Of a stretch of DNA of 64,000 nt, positions 36,608 to 55,099 are shown one piece after another. The stretch's first letter is position 1. Every line of letters starts with the position of its first letter. The DNA comes from Amoebidium appalachense (taxonomy: Eukaryota > Protista > Ichthyosporea): contig CAVNZM010000009.1 in NCBI GenBank assembly GCA_963693365.1, positions 9,623,076 to 9,687,075 on the forward strand, read 5' to 3'. The notes under the pieces were generated by a model, which worked only from the letters and a program-made list of their open reading frames with translations, had not been told where the DNA came from and did not search any database. The translations under genes were made by a program, and so were the position numbers.

Positions 36608-37494
36608 AAAAAAAAAAAAGGCGGGGGAGATGAGAGAAAGTAAAGAATACAAACGGGCACACAAAAACGCGCATAAATACTCACACACTGGCTTACACAC
36701 ACACACACTAACCCAATCAATCACTCACTCACCGGCACCGGCACCGGCACCGGCAGCACACAACACCAAAACATGCACATACAAACACACGCACATGCCC
36801 CCACACCCACACCCACACCGATACCACACACACAATCAAGCACCCCACACACCGTAGTACACAAGCATGTGTGCAGACACTCGATTTGCTTTTCAAAGTC
36901 ACGCACACGCAAGCACACTCTCTCCGCTAGCCTCCCACTCTCGGGCCCCTGAACAGTAGTCGGTGTTTCCTCACAGCTCAGTCCATTTGGTTTAATTTAC
37001 TTCATAATCTGGCGTCTCTCGTTAATCTTTGATTATCTCTGCCCCTCATGTTCCTTGATTTGCACTTTGGCTTTATTCCCATGTGCTCATTATGCGTCCT
37101 TCTGTTGGTGAGAAGTGAGCTAGGTACACCCCTCATACTCATTATTTTTCCTCCCTTTGTTATTTGGTAAGCTCCCTCGTTGTGATTAGGAAGGTGGATG
37201 TGGCTACCTATAGCAAGCATTTGTGTGCTTTTTGGTGACGGGTATTGTTTGGTGTGTGGTGTGTGTGTGTGTGCGTGTGTGTGTGCGTGTGCGTGTGCGT
37301 GTGCGTGTGCGCGTGCGTGTGCGTGTGCGCGTGCGCGTGCGTGTGCGCGTGCGCGTGCGTGCGCGTGTGCGTGTGTGTGCGTGTGTATGTGCGTGCATGC
37401 GTGAGTGCGTGCTGGGGGGGGGGGAGGGAGGGAGGGAGGGAGGGAGGGAGGGCATGATATTGTCAAGAAACCAGTCAGAACATGGCAATGTGTG

Positions 37495-37538
<44 letters not shown>

Positions 37539-37933
37539 CGTGCGTGCGCGTGTGTATGTGCGTGCATGCGTGAGTGCGTGCTGGGGGGGGGGGGGGGGGA
37601 GGGAGGGAGGGAGGGGAGAGAGGGAGATAATGTCAGGAAAACAGGCAGAACATGGCATTGTTTGCATGTGTGTGTGTGTGTGTGTGTGTTTTGTGTATGT
37701 GCGTGTGTGTGTTCGTACAAGACAAATACCATGGCCAGCTGCTCTAAGTTTGGAATGTGACGTCATCACATTTTTTTCGGCCGATGGAAGGACCTGACAG
37801 GGTTGTAATGAGAGCCCAATTCTTAAAAAAATTACGTGACAAATTCCCCCCTATTTTAAACTCACAACCTGAATATTATTTTCGTTTTCGATCCCGTTCT
37901 ATTGCTTGTACTCATGACTGATATTCATACCAG

Positions 37934-38584
37934 GTGGTGCCTCAGGATTGTGTGTTCACTCGTTGCGGCTTTGCAGTTCCTGTGGTTGTCGGTATGAAGA
38001 CTGGAATGGTGAGAGCTGAGAATTCGAGGTGCTACAGTACTTTGAGTGGTAGGGGAGATGAGAAGATTTATCGTGGCATCGTTTTCGACCGACAGTCCAA
38101 GAAATGGAGAGTTCGGGTTGCTAAACACTCCTTCGGCTACTTTGACGATCCTCGTGCGGCAGCAGTGGTTTACGACCGAATGGCTACTTTTTTGATGGAA
38201 GAGGGTGTTACCAAGCGCAAGATTATCACAAATACTTCCCTGGGCCGCCTGCAGTATGACTATAACGAGGAGGAGAGGCAAAAGACAAAGGAACAGTGGA
38301 CAGCCAAGCTGAACCATAAAGAATCAAACAAAAGCAAATACTGGGGTGTGGAATATCGCCGATTTAGAAAGGCGCCATCCTACTACCGCGTCCGTTTTCG
38401 GGACCCAAAAACAAAAGAAAAGATAATTTTTGAATCAAAAATAGCTACCATGGAGGAGGCAGTGGCATTGCGTGATGAGTGGGTGCGGGAGATGTTGGAG
38501 GATCCGGAGGTGCCGGAGGCTTGGAAGGCCAGACAACGTGGTTTCCTTTCAGAATCTACCATGGAGGGGGGGGATGGTGTTTGA
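37934..38584 (+). CDS. Protein or terminal exon with two AP2/ERF-like DNA-binding domains
   Basis: KIYRGIVFDRQSKKWRVRVAKHSFGYFDDPRAAAVVYDRMA and SKYWGVEYRRFRKAPSYYRVRFRDPKTKEKIIFESKIATMEEAVALRDEW. The ORF starts immediately after a cag acceptor (37931-37933). Confidence 0.75.
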   Translation: MVPQDCVFTRCGFAVPVVVGMKTGMVRAENSRCYSTLSGRGDEKIYRGIVFDRQSKKWRVRVAKHSFGYFDDPRAAAVVYDRMATFLMEEGVTKRKIITNTSLGRLQYDYNEEERQKTKEQWTAKLNHKESNKSKYWGVEYRRFRKAPSYYRVRFRDPKTKEKIIFESKIATMEEAVALRDEWVREMLEDPEVPEAWKARQRGFLSESTMEGGDGV

Positions 38585-39101
38585 TAGGGACTAGAATGTT
38601 TCCCTGTATAGCTCCAGGTTTCAAAGTGCGATGTCATTTATCAGCTTCTGGCTTTCAAAACAGATTGTCCCCCATGTATCTTTGATGGCATGCTCTATAT
38701 ATTGATGTTATGGCAAGCATTCTATACACATGTAGCTATTTTGTAAATGGAAGTAGAGTTCTTGCCTTATGTGGCGGACAACCACTTCGGAGTTTCACGT
38801 GCCCACAGTGGTTCTGAGAAGAAACAGACTGCTGCCGCTTATCGTGCCACCGGGCCATCGAAGTTGGGAATCCTTCTTTGGAGATCAGTTAGGAAAATAT
38901 TGAAAAGCCTTGATGTACACATGGGTGGTCTCACCAATCACAGGGTCCACTTCTGCGTGGTGGCCGCTTTAAATGCTGTCAAGATCCTATATATGGAAAA
39001 CATAAGTACTTTCCTATTGGACCATGTGGTAGACCGGATCGCTGTGAAACTATATAAATGATGGCCTCGGTCAACCACAAACAGCTACCCAACAGAGTAG
39101 C

Positions 39102-44395
<5,294 letters not shown>

Positions 44396-44443
44396 CTGCT
44401 GGGCGCTCTGACTAGGCAACCTTGCATGCATGCCTGGCCCCAT

Positions 44444-44474
<31 letters not shown>

Positions 44475-44710
44475 CTCCTCCCCCCAAAACACACGCACAC
44501 ACAGACACACACCCCCCCCCCAAACAAAAAAAAAAAAAAAAAAAAAAAAAAAAACAAACACAAAACTCGACCATAGCCACCCACCCAAGCCACACACACA
44601 CACATTTCTATCTCTTGATGCTGTAGAATACATGCACCCCCCCCCCCCCCCCCCCCCCCCCCCCACCACCACCACCACCACCACCACCACCACCACCACC
44701 ACCCACCCAC

Positions 44711-45900
44711 TGTTATTTTGTGTGGGTAAACGGAGAAGCAGAGAGCACAGATGGGTGTTATGATATACACAACACAGAGACACACGGGAAAAACACAACC
44801 GGATAGGTGGAACGATTTCTGGAACCATAGGAAATGAATACGACTGCTTATGATTTATTTCAAGATGAAGTCCCTTTTATACTTGGGAATGTGAAACGAT
44901 AAACCAATCAAAAGAACGAAAACTATGAGTGTAAAATATATCGATTAAAATGTCTGTCGACACATAGAATATAAAACTCAATCCTCTAATGAAAGAAACT
45001 TCTAATAAAAGCACGGAAACATTTAACAAAATGAAACCACTTATGTAACTATTAATTCATAACATACATTTATACATGTTCTTATCATAACACGTCTAAA
45101 TATAATTATTCCTAATAGTTGGAGAACATAGCACAATGCTACGTCGTGGGAAAGGAATGAGAAAGGAATGTAAGTTACTATATTTGGGAAAATACAAACG
45201 AGATATGATTGGATGACATATATAGATTTTGACGCAAACGACAATACGTGTGCGCGAGCTAAGTATGTCGATACGTACACAGATCTAAGATGTCGTGTAC
45301 ACGGAAACAGAAAAGAAAGAAAGAAATGAAGAAAGGAAAAGGAAACAAACTACAACAACTAATAAATACAAAACTCAACTTCTAAGTCTTGCTGAGAATC
45401 AAGTGAAGATGACATCCCCACTCAAGGGTTGGAAGTTGGGTTCTCGTGAAGTTTGTTGATGTGACTGTTGATGTTAAGACTCTCACACATGTAGGAGCAG
45501 GTGCCGTGAAGTCACAGTCAAGTTTCCCCACTCGAGAAGACAATTGGAGAAGACTTGAAGGTGCAAGCCGGGGAAGAAAACCAAAACGGAAGAAGCACAC
45601 AACGACGGTTGCCTCTGAAGACTCGGAACATGACGGTAGCCAATGACGATATATAAATATATATAGAAGAAAACAACTAGTGTATGTGTGACGTGTTGGT
45701 GGCTAATGATTTATACATTGTATATATGATGGTATATAAATAAACGACGGATGGCCCGGTGGAGAAGAAATCCCCACTGAAGATGCACACACTGGAGATC
45801 GATGAAGACAGCAGTAGACTTTCGTTGGGAGGTGTCTCTACACGGTGATGTGTAGACCACTGGCCAGTGCCCCAACCTACTTGAAGACCACTGTAGATGA

Positions 45901-45946
<46 letters not shown>

Positions 45947-48280
45947 ACACTCAGTCACGAAGACTGAGTGAATCACGGTGCTGCTGGTGGGAGGGCCCGG
46001 GCAGGGGCTTGGTGACGATGTCAGCCACGTTGTCTTTGCTGGACACGTAGGTGACGACCACATCCCCACTCTTGATGTAGTCCTTCGTGTTGTGGTACCG
46101 GACTGCAATGTGTTTGGTCCGGTGCTTGATGCTGTTGGTGTGCAGGAGACAGTAGACGGGGGTGGGGTCGGTCATCGGGTAGCCGAGTTCACGGAGGAGA
46201 TCACGGTGCCAGATGACGTTTTGAACAGCAGCATTGATGGCCAGAAGCTCAGCCTCGGTGGTGGATGTTGCCGTGATGGACTGCAGCTTCGAATACCATG
46301 TGATGGGTATGCCCTTGAAGAAGATGACGTATCCGGTGGTTGAACGACGGGTGTTGGGGCAGTTGGCAAAGTCAGCATCAGAATAACACTCCAGCAAGGG
46401 GGTGTTGTCGTCGGATGCAGACTTGTCGTAGTGAAGGCCGAGGTAGGAAGTGCCGATGAGGTACCGAACTACACGGAGTAGACATTCCCATGCAAGTTTG
46501 GTGGGGTTGGCACTGAATCTACCGAGGTAGCCGATGGCAAGAGATGTCGGGCCGGGAACAACGAGCAACCCACAAAAGACGGCCGAGTAGTTCACGGTAG
46601 GGAACCTTGATGGGTGGTGAGTCGTTCTCGTTGATGGTGATGACGGTGCCGACGGGAATGGGAGTAGCCTTGGGGTGAGCATCGTTGAGGTTGAAGTCTC
46701 TGACGATGTCGTTGATGTAGGATTGTTGAAGCAGTTTCAAGTTGAGGTGACCGGGGGTGTGGATGAGCTGGGTGCCAAGGAAGATGTCGGGAAGGTCAAC
46801 CTTGCAGAGAGCTGACTTCATGATGTGGTCTACTAGATCCTTGGTGTGGGAAGAGTTGGCCGTGCAGATGATGATGACGTCGTCCACATAGTTGCCAGTG
46901 AGGATGATGTCACTGTTTAAGTCACCGTTGGGGAAGGTCTTGATGTAGACACATGGATCTGAACGGAGACGTTCGAGACCGTGAGCAAGGAGGACCTTGT
47001 CGAAGTACTCATACCAGGCCAGTGATGCTTGCTTGAGGCCGTAGAGTGCCTTCTTAAGTTTCCAGACCTTGTGCTCGTTGCCGGGGGTGATGAAGCCAGG
47101 TGGTGGCTCAATGTAGATGTCTTCTTGAAGAGGACTGTTGAGGAAGGCAGTCGAGACGTCGAGTTGATGAATCTCATGGTTGCCGTCCACACCGATGGCA
47201 AGGAGGGCACGGACGGAGGAGGACATCACCACGGGGGAAGAGGTGTCACCGTAGTCAACACCGTAGACTTGAGTGAAGCCCTTTGCAACACCACGAGCTT
47301 TGATCTTGGTGTCACCGGCTGAGTTGAGGACTTTCTCAGTCACAATCCACTTGAACTTGATGATGTTGGCACCAGGGGGGGGATCAACAATGGTGAAGAC
47401 ATCCTTGGTGATGAAGGCTTGGTACTCGGAGGTGAGGGCAGCTATGACGGCATCACCGTTGGGACCGTTGCAAAGCTTTTGAATGCCCTTGGGGAGCTGG
47501 TCAATGTTGATGGTCGGTGCTATGATGCTGACCAGTGCCGTTGGAGTCTTGGTGAGACGTGTAGACCGACGAAGGTTGGGCTTGGGGGGGTCCTTGAGGG
47601 GGGTGGTGGCCGGGTAGGTGGTGGAGGCCGGGACAGGGGCATGGAAGCCAGGAATAGGACAGGTGGTGAGGGGGGCATCGGTGTCCACAGGGCTGCTCGA
47701 GGCCGAGTGGAAGGTGGGGGACCCAGGACGAACCGGAGTCATGTAGCCGGGTTGATGCACAGCAACGGGGGGGGCCGGCAGCAAGGGTTGTTGACCAGTG
47801 GGGGGTGGGCTCGGGGGAGGCACGGGTTCAACCGGGGCTGGTTGGTTGTGCCAGGACGGTTGGGAGATGACCACAGACGGAGTTTCATCGTCGTCGTCGG
47901 AGGGGGGTCTAATGTCGGCAGATCGGGTTTGGGGGGAACGGAGACCTGATTGGTGCTGCTCGTGAATTTCGACTCGTCGAAGATCACATCACGGCAGATC
48001 TTGATTTGGTTGCTGGCACGGTCAAGGATCTTGTGTGCCTTGGAGGGTAGGTCGGCGGGTGGTTGAGTCCTTGCTGTGTAGGCTTGGACCCCCGGGTGTT
48101 TAGGAGTCTCAATCACATAGTCAGTGATGTAGTAGAGACCGTCGAGGGGGGTGAGATCTGAGATGATGTCACCATTACGGCTGTAGAGGAACGACGGGTG
48201 GTTGTCTGTATGGTCACAATGACCTAGGAGGCCGGCAGCTGAGGCCATGGAGGTAGACACGAGCATCAGCAAAGGACGAC
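44711..48280 (-). mobile_element. Second Ty1/Copia element, 5'-truncated and integrase-deleted; 3' LTR (family B) at 44711-45414
   Basis: The LTR lacks a matching TSD and is preceded on the - strand by the purine tract gagtgggga (45415-45423). Pol fragments lie upstream on the same strand. Confidence 0.85.
45951..48280 (-). pseudogene. Copia pol remnant: post-protease linker, integrase C-terminal stub, RT, RNase H
   Basis: KARGVAKGF, LDVSTAFLN, KALYGLKQ, GNYVDD, YSDADFA, TEAELLA, KHIAVRYH, ADIVTK. Frameshifts near 47880 and 46530; the RNase H 'DN' motif is deleted. Confidence 0.9.
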
Positions 48281-48705
48281 CCCCATCCAAAAAACATTTA
48301 TGATATCATAGATACCGAAATTCCAAAACAGATATTAGTCTAATATCGTTTTAATATTAGGCGCCCATCCAACGTTTTCCATCCCGATACCCCTCCGGGA
48401 TGGGGATGTAGATATTGCAGATGGGCGTATGGCATCCGGCATCCAATTACATATCTTTTGAGATAGTCAACATTTATCTAAATGATATTAGATAGTTATC
48501 ATAAAATTTTCTGAAAAACTGAATATATCTGTTTTTTTCCGGATGAAAAATGGATACCAAATGGATATGAAAGAACTTTTTTGGATATCACAGAGATATA
48601 CTATCCTCATATACCTCCACAATATCTAAATAGGCCCTTTCGGATATCTTGATTATTTTTATACCCCTTTCCGATATTAGGACAGTATCCACAACGTTAT
48701 CATTC

Positions 48706-50425
48706 TGAGATGTTGTGACATAATAGTACGATATCATTCCAATATCCTTTTCTGCAAATCCAGATTTATCCAATACTATAGCATAACAATATCATTCCGA
48801 TATGTATTTTTTACTTTTCAGATATTAGTTAAGTCCCACGACTATATCATTATGAGATGTTGTGACATAATTGTACGATATCATTCCAGTATCCTTTTCT
48901 GCAAAACCAGATGTATCCAATACTATAGCATAACAATATCATTCCGATATGTATTGTTTACTTTTCAGATATTAGTTAAGTCCCACGACTATATCATTAT
49001 GAGATGTTGTGACATAATTGTACGATATCATTCCAGTATCCTTTTCTGCAAAACCAGATGTATCCAATACTATATCATAACAATATCATTCCGATATGTA
49101 TTGTTTGCTTTTCAGATATTAGTTAAGTCCCACCACTATATCATTATGAGATGTTGTGACATAATTGTACGATATCATTCCAGTATCCTTTTCTGCAAAA
49201 CCAGATGTATCCAATACTATAGCATAACAATATCATTCCGATATGTATTTTTTACTTTTCAGATATTAGTTAAGTCCCACGACTATATCATTATGAGATG
49301 TTGTGACATAATTGTACGATATCATTCCAGTATCCTTTTCTGCAAAACCAGATGTATCCAATACTATATCATAACAATATCATTCCGATATGTATTGTTT
49401 GCTTTTCAGATATTAGTTAAGTCCCACCACTATATCATTATGAGATGTTGTGACATAATTGTACGATATCATTCCAGTATCCTTTTCTGCAAAACCAGAT
49501 GTATCCAATACTATAGCATAACAATATCATTCCGATATGTATTTTTTACTTTTCAGATATTAGTTAAGTCCCACGACTATATCATTATGAGATGTTGTGA
49601 CATAATTGTACGATATCATTCCAGTATCCTTTTCTGCAAAACCAGATGTATCCAATACTATATCATAACAATATCATTCCGATATGTATTGTTTGCTTTT
49701 CAGATATTTGTTTAGTCCCTCGAATATATCATTATGAGATGTTGTGACATAATTGTACGATATCATTCCAGTATCCTTTTCTGCAAAACCAGATGTATCC
49801 AAGACTATATCATAACAATATCATTCCGATATGTATTGTTTGCTTTTCAGATATTTGTTTAGTCCCTCGAATATATCATTATGAGATGTTGTGACATAAT
49901 TGTACGATATCATTCCAGTATCCTTTTCTGCAAAACCAGATGTATCCAATACTATAGCATAACAATATCATTCCGATATGTATTGTTTACTTTTCAGATA
50001 TTAGTTTAGTCCCACGACTATATCATTATGAGATGTTGTGACATAATTGTACGATATCATTCCGGTATCCTTTTCTGCAAAACCAGATGTATCCAATACT
50101 ATAGCATAACAATATCATTCCGATATGTATTTTTTGCTTTTCAGATATTTGTTTAGTCCCTCGAATATATCATTATGAGATGTTGTGACATAATTGTACG
50201 ATATCATTCCAGTATCCTTTTCTGCAAAACCAGATGTATCCAATACTATATCATAACAATATCATTCCGATACCTATGTTTTACTTCTCAGATATTTGTT
50301 TAGTCCCATGAATATATCATTATGAGATGTTGTGACATAATTGTACGATATCATTCCAATATCCTCTTCTGCAACACCAGATGTTTCCCATACTATATCA
50401 TCCGAATATCATTCTGATACCTATC
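48706..50425. repeat. Satellite array, exact 147-bp unit, about 11.7 copies, with a partial dimeric higher-order pattern
   Basis: tgagatgttgtgacataa recurs at 48706, 48853, 49000, 49147, 49294, 49441, 49588, 49735, 49882, 50029, 50176 and 50323. Confidence 0.97.
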
Positions 50426-51194
50426 GGGATACTTGTTCGCGATCCACGCAGATAGTAATATGAGATCTTTTGGCTCAAAATAAGATACCGTTCCAATATC
50501 ATTTTGTAAAAAGTGAATAAAGGGAGAGAAAATTAACTACTTTACATGCATACCTAATAGGCTACCCACATAAAAAATTTTGAGGAGAAGCCAGCTAAGC
50601 AATCGTATTAGTGTGTGTCATGGCCCGGGATCGGCCCATGGGCGCACACTCGAACGATTCCTTAAACGGATACCAAATGCCTATACAGGTGGCCATGCAC
50701 GATCTGATTATATACGGCTTCAAAATTCGCGTGGGGGGCAGCACGGTTTCCCATTTGGCTTGCACATAAAACCACTGATTTTTAGTCCCCAACAATTGCC
50801 ATTGTTTCACCTCCTCAAACCCTACTTCCACCACCGTTCCGTCATCCCGGCTCATGAATAAGCCAATCACAGCAGCATGGAATATGAGCAGGCGCATCGG
50901 ATTGGTTACTTATAGAGTTTTTGTTCCATATTTGGTATCACCACACGGAGGCGTTGCAAATATGGTTTTTGCATGTAGTTTGCTTTGCTTGGTCACTGTG
51001 CTATTCTTAATTGACAACCCTCGCATAGGTCACGGTAATTAGTGTTAAAAATTTTATTATTATATTGTTAATGTGCATAGGGAAAGTAGACTTGAATTTG
51101 TACATACCTAAGACGCGGCCACCTGATGAGCCTCATCCGCTTTCCATGAGGCGTGCAAAAACAAATTCACATGTCAGTTGCGCCCGTTAGATCA

Positions 51195-51356
51195 TCTTCT
51201 TGTGATCATTATGATGACCGTATGGATATTGGTTTGTGATCATTATGATGATCGTATGAGGCATAGAATGATATCACTATGATGATCGTATGGGGGTATA
51301 ACTAGCGATCCTTATGGTGGTCGTATGGGGCTTTAATGATAACCACTATGATGATT
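51195..51356. repeat. Degenerate ~33-bp minisatellite (tatgatgatcgtatg core), insertion site of the YR retrotransposon
   Basis: gatcattatgatga(c/t)cgtatg-like units occur about five times. The pattern appears to resume briefly after 56782. Confidence 0.7.
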
Positions 51357-51529
51357 ATAGAGGTTTTATTTGTGGAAATTATTGACATAAATATTTTTCT
51401 GGGTAAACACGTAGGATGGGTGTCCGATATCAACAGGCTTTGTTTCATGTTTTAGCAGTTCGCGTTCGGCTGCCCGCATACGGGCACCTATTAGCCGATC
51501 AAAACATCAGATTCCACAGATCACTAGAC

Positions 51530-51620
51530 CGAGTCTGATTGGCTCAGGATAAGATTTCACATAACACTAGATCGGTTTTGATTGGCTCAGTTCGGTAGCC
51601 GTAGGTATATAAGCACGACA
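51530..51620 (+). promoter_or_regulatory. Internal promoter in repeat A: two CCAAT boxes and TATA
   Basis: gattggctcag occurs twice (about 51537 and 51580) and tatataag at about 51607, 120 bp before the gag ATG. Duplicated in A2. Confidence 0.55.
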
Positions 51621-51729
51621 GTTTTTAGCAGATCAGCAGGCAACAACACATCTTCTGTGTTTAGCACCTACAGCTTTACAGCTATATTTTCTTTTTCACT
51701 CTCCCTATCTTTCCGTACGCCGGTCAGCA

Positions 51730-52902
51730 TGCCGCCGAAAAAGCGCCAGGCCTCAGCCACTGCCCCTGCCGCGGCACCCAAGCGCCTGACCCGCAGCGAC
51801 CTCCGCCACAGGCTGACCAACGCTCCCGCGGACACTGACGCGCCTCCAGCGGCCCAGACCACCTCGGACCCGGACCCGCCGGCTAGTCTCCCCCTCCCCT
51901 CCTGAAGCCCCCCCTCAGGCCCCGCCGTCCCCCGCAGATGACTTCTCAAGACGCCGTCCTTGCCGCCCTTACCGCCATCAGCACCCAGATGGCTGGCGTC
52001 CTGGCTGCTCTCACCAACCGCGACCCTCCCGCGCCCCCCGCCGCGCCCTCCGCACCCGGGGAGGTTTCCCCGGGGCTGCATCTCGGCCCTGACCTAGACC
52101 TACCTGCCCTGCCCGCGCCCCCCATCACAGGTGAGAACACTGGCGACATTCAGCCGGGCACACTCCCCGCTTCCCCCCGCGGATGTGCTGGCAGATTTGC
52201 GCGCCAATCGTTTCGTCGACCTGTATAAGTTCACCCCCCGCCGCCCTCCTGGCCCCATCCAAGAAAGGTCAGCATCTGCGCATGGCCGACGACGGCAGCA
52301 TCGAGACTTTTCGCCAAGACAAACCCGTTCCCCTGCGTTCACTCGTCATTTGGATCCAGGCTTGGACCCATTACATGGCCGCCAAGCACCACCTCGGCCT
52401 CCCCACGGACAAAGACGTACTTTGGACTCAGCACATCACTCGCCTCAGCACCCGATACCCGTGGGCCCAGATCCACAACTATGACGTATACGCCCGAACC
52501 GTTGCCCACCAGCAGGGTCGGGCTCCGATCGAGTGTCCCAACCTGCTCGCCCAACTCCACCAGGATCTCCTCTTGCCACCCACTCTGCTCATCCCGGACG
52601 CATGTCAGCGCTGTGGCTTCCCTGACCACCCCAGCGCGGCCTGCCCCATGTACCCCAAGCCCGGCTGTGGTCTTGACGGCTTTAAGCCGCCCCACAAGCC
52701 CGGCGGGGGTCAAACCCCTAACCGCCCTGGCCCGCAACCCGGCCCGGCAAAACCGGCCCGACCCGTGGATCTACCCGCGACGCACTGCAGGAATTTCCAC
52801 ATTAACGGTCGGTCCTGCGCTAAGCAGCCCTGCCCCTTCTCCCACGTGTGCCCGCTCTGCTCTGGCACACACCCCCGCAAAAACTGCAAACACAATGCCT
52901 AG
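51730..52902 (+). CDS. gag-like ORF with CCHC/CCCH zinc fingers (frameshifted at C runs)
   Basis: MPPKKRQ... start; FVDLYKF, WIQAWTHY, CQRCGFPDHPSAAC, CRNFHINGRSC..PCPFSHVCPLCSGTHPRKNC. Confidence 0.85.
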
Positions 52903-53297
52903 TCTACGCGCACACCCACACACACAGCTAGAACATAGGGGTTAGGAGCTAGGACACACGAGTACAGGGAAACGGAGCTCGGGAGAACGGGCCCATAGGG
53001 CTGAGTACAAAATTTCGCAGGCCAAACTACGGCGCCCGCGCGCGTCAAGAATAAATGTCCCTACACAAAGACGTTTATTCTGGCCACTGCACATAATTTT
53101 ACTCCCCCCCCCCCCATCCCACGAGCCTCCCCCCCCCTTACACTCACCTAGCACTCCCTCCCCCCCCCTTCTTCTACCTCTGTGTCCGCCCACACCCCCG
53201 CGTGCTCGGGCACATTCCCCTGCACAGGGCCCCGCTGCCCTCCCTGCCAACCTTCACTCGGGCCCAGCTGCCCTACCCTAACCCCCCCGGGGCAATG

Positions 53298-53336
<39 letters not shown>

Positions 53337-53429
53337 CTGCCGGGATCTCCCCGAGGGTGCCCCACCCTTGCTAACCACCCCCTTCCCCCGAGGCTCAGAC
53401 CCGGAGGCCCGCCCCGCTCCCCCAGCACC

Positions 53430-55021
53430 GCATTGACACCTCCCGCCTCCGGGAACTGCTGGCCTCCTACCCAGACCAATCATTCGCCGCACAACTCCTC
53501 CACGATGTCGAATTCGGTGTCGACATCGGCTATCGCGGGCCCTCCACCTTTCGGGTGGGCCCCAACCTACCCACCACCCCGGAGGCAGCTTCCGCTATCA
53601 CGGCGGATATTGCCAAAGAAGTCGCCCTCGGCCACCTGCGCGGCCCCCTCTCCCCGGCCCAATTCTTTGACGAATTTCCGGTCCACCGTTCCTCCCCCAT
53701 CGGCGCCGTTACCAAGAAAGGGAACCCCCCCAAGTACCGTCGAATCCACCACCTCTCCTGGCCCCGGGGTAGCAGTGTCAATGACAGCATCACCTACCCC
53801 GACGAACTTCAGTACATTCGCGCCCGGGACGTCACCCAGCTCATTCTCGACGCAGGCCCCGGCTGCTACATGGCCGTGGCAGATGTGCAGGCTGCCTTCC
53901 GGCACATGCCCATCCGACCAGAAGACCATCACTTAATGGCATTCAAATGGTTGGGGCATTTTTACGTTGAAACCAGACTGCCCTTCGGCCTGAAATCTAG
54001 CCCAGCCATCTGGGAACGGATCGCGGCCACCCTACAGTGGCTGGCACACCAGCACGGTATTACCCTCATCCGCCACTACGTAGACGACTGGATTATAGTC
54101 GCCCCCACACAAGAGCAGTGCCAACGTCACCTATCCACCTTCCTGCAACTCTGCCGAGAGCTGCACATTGCCATCTCCGAAGACAAGATGCAGGGCCCGG
54201 CTACCCGTGTCGTCTTCATCGGTATCGAATTCGACTCCATCACCATGGAGGCACGAATCCCGGCTTCCAAGCTCTCGGACCTACTCGACCTCACTTCCCA
54301 CCCAAAGCCCACCATCACCATTCGGGACCTCCAGTCCCTCCTCGGCAAACTCACCTGGTGTGCCCAGCTGGTTCCCCCCGGGAGGGCCTTCTCCCAGCGC
54401 CTATGGGCCCTTTTCCGGACCCACCCACACCTTGCCGGCCACCACCACATACGACTGACTGCTGCCGCCCGGGCCGACATAGCCGAATGGCACCAGTTCC
54501 TCACATCATGGAATGGGGTGCACCTCATCACACCCCCCACATACACCACCCTGGCCACCGATGCTGCCGGATCGGTGGGTCTAGGAGGCCACTGGCTCGA
54601 CCAATGGTTCTTCATGCCCTGGTCCCCCTCCACCCAAGCCCTCTATGCTCATGAGGGTAAACTCGGTTCTTCCGTCATTGAACTCCTGGCCATGGCAGCC
54701 GCCGTGGCCCTCTGGGCCCCCTCCTGGTCCACCCACCATGTCCGTATTTTATGCGACAACACGGGTGCTGTGTCTGACCTACACTCCCGGTCTTCCCCCC
54801 ACCCCGTGATGGCCAAACTTCTTCGGTTCATCACCCGCATGGAAATGCAATACCAATTTACGTTACAGGCATCCTACCTACCAGGACCCCTCAACCATCT
54901 GGCCGATGCCATTTCTCGTAACCAACTTCCCCGGGCCCGACGACTCCGACCTTCCCTGCAACCGGAGCCCTGCCCCTTCCCCTCCTGGGTCCACGAGTTC
55001 CTATCCCTTCCGTTGGGCTAA
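53430..55021 (+). CDS. DIRS-type reverse transcriptase + RNase H
   Basis: SPIGAVTKK, YRRIHHLSWP, DVQAAFR, RLPFGLKSSP, HYVDDW, ATDAA, IELLA, CDN, LADAISR. Confidence 0.95.
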
Positions 55022-55099
55022 CCCCCCCCCCCCCCCCCCCCAGATCTCCCGTTCCGGAGCAACGCTGGCAGATTGGCCCCCCACTTTGCTCCGGCCGAG

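Noticed and set aside
48852-49715. 287-aa ORF of 49-aa repeats
   Set aside because: It is a by-product of a 147-bp (multiple of 3) satellite; neighbouring units contain stops and there is no coding bias.
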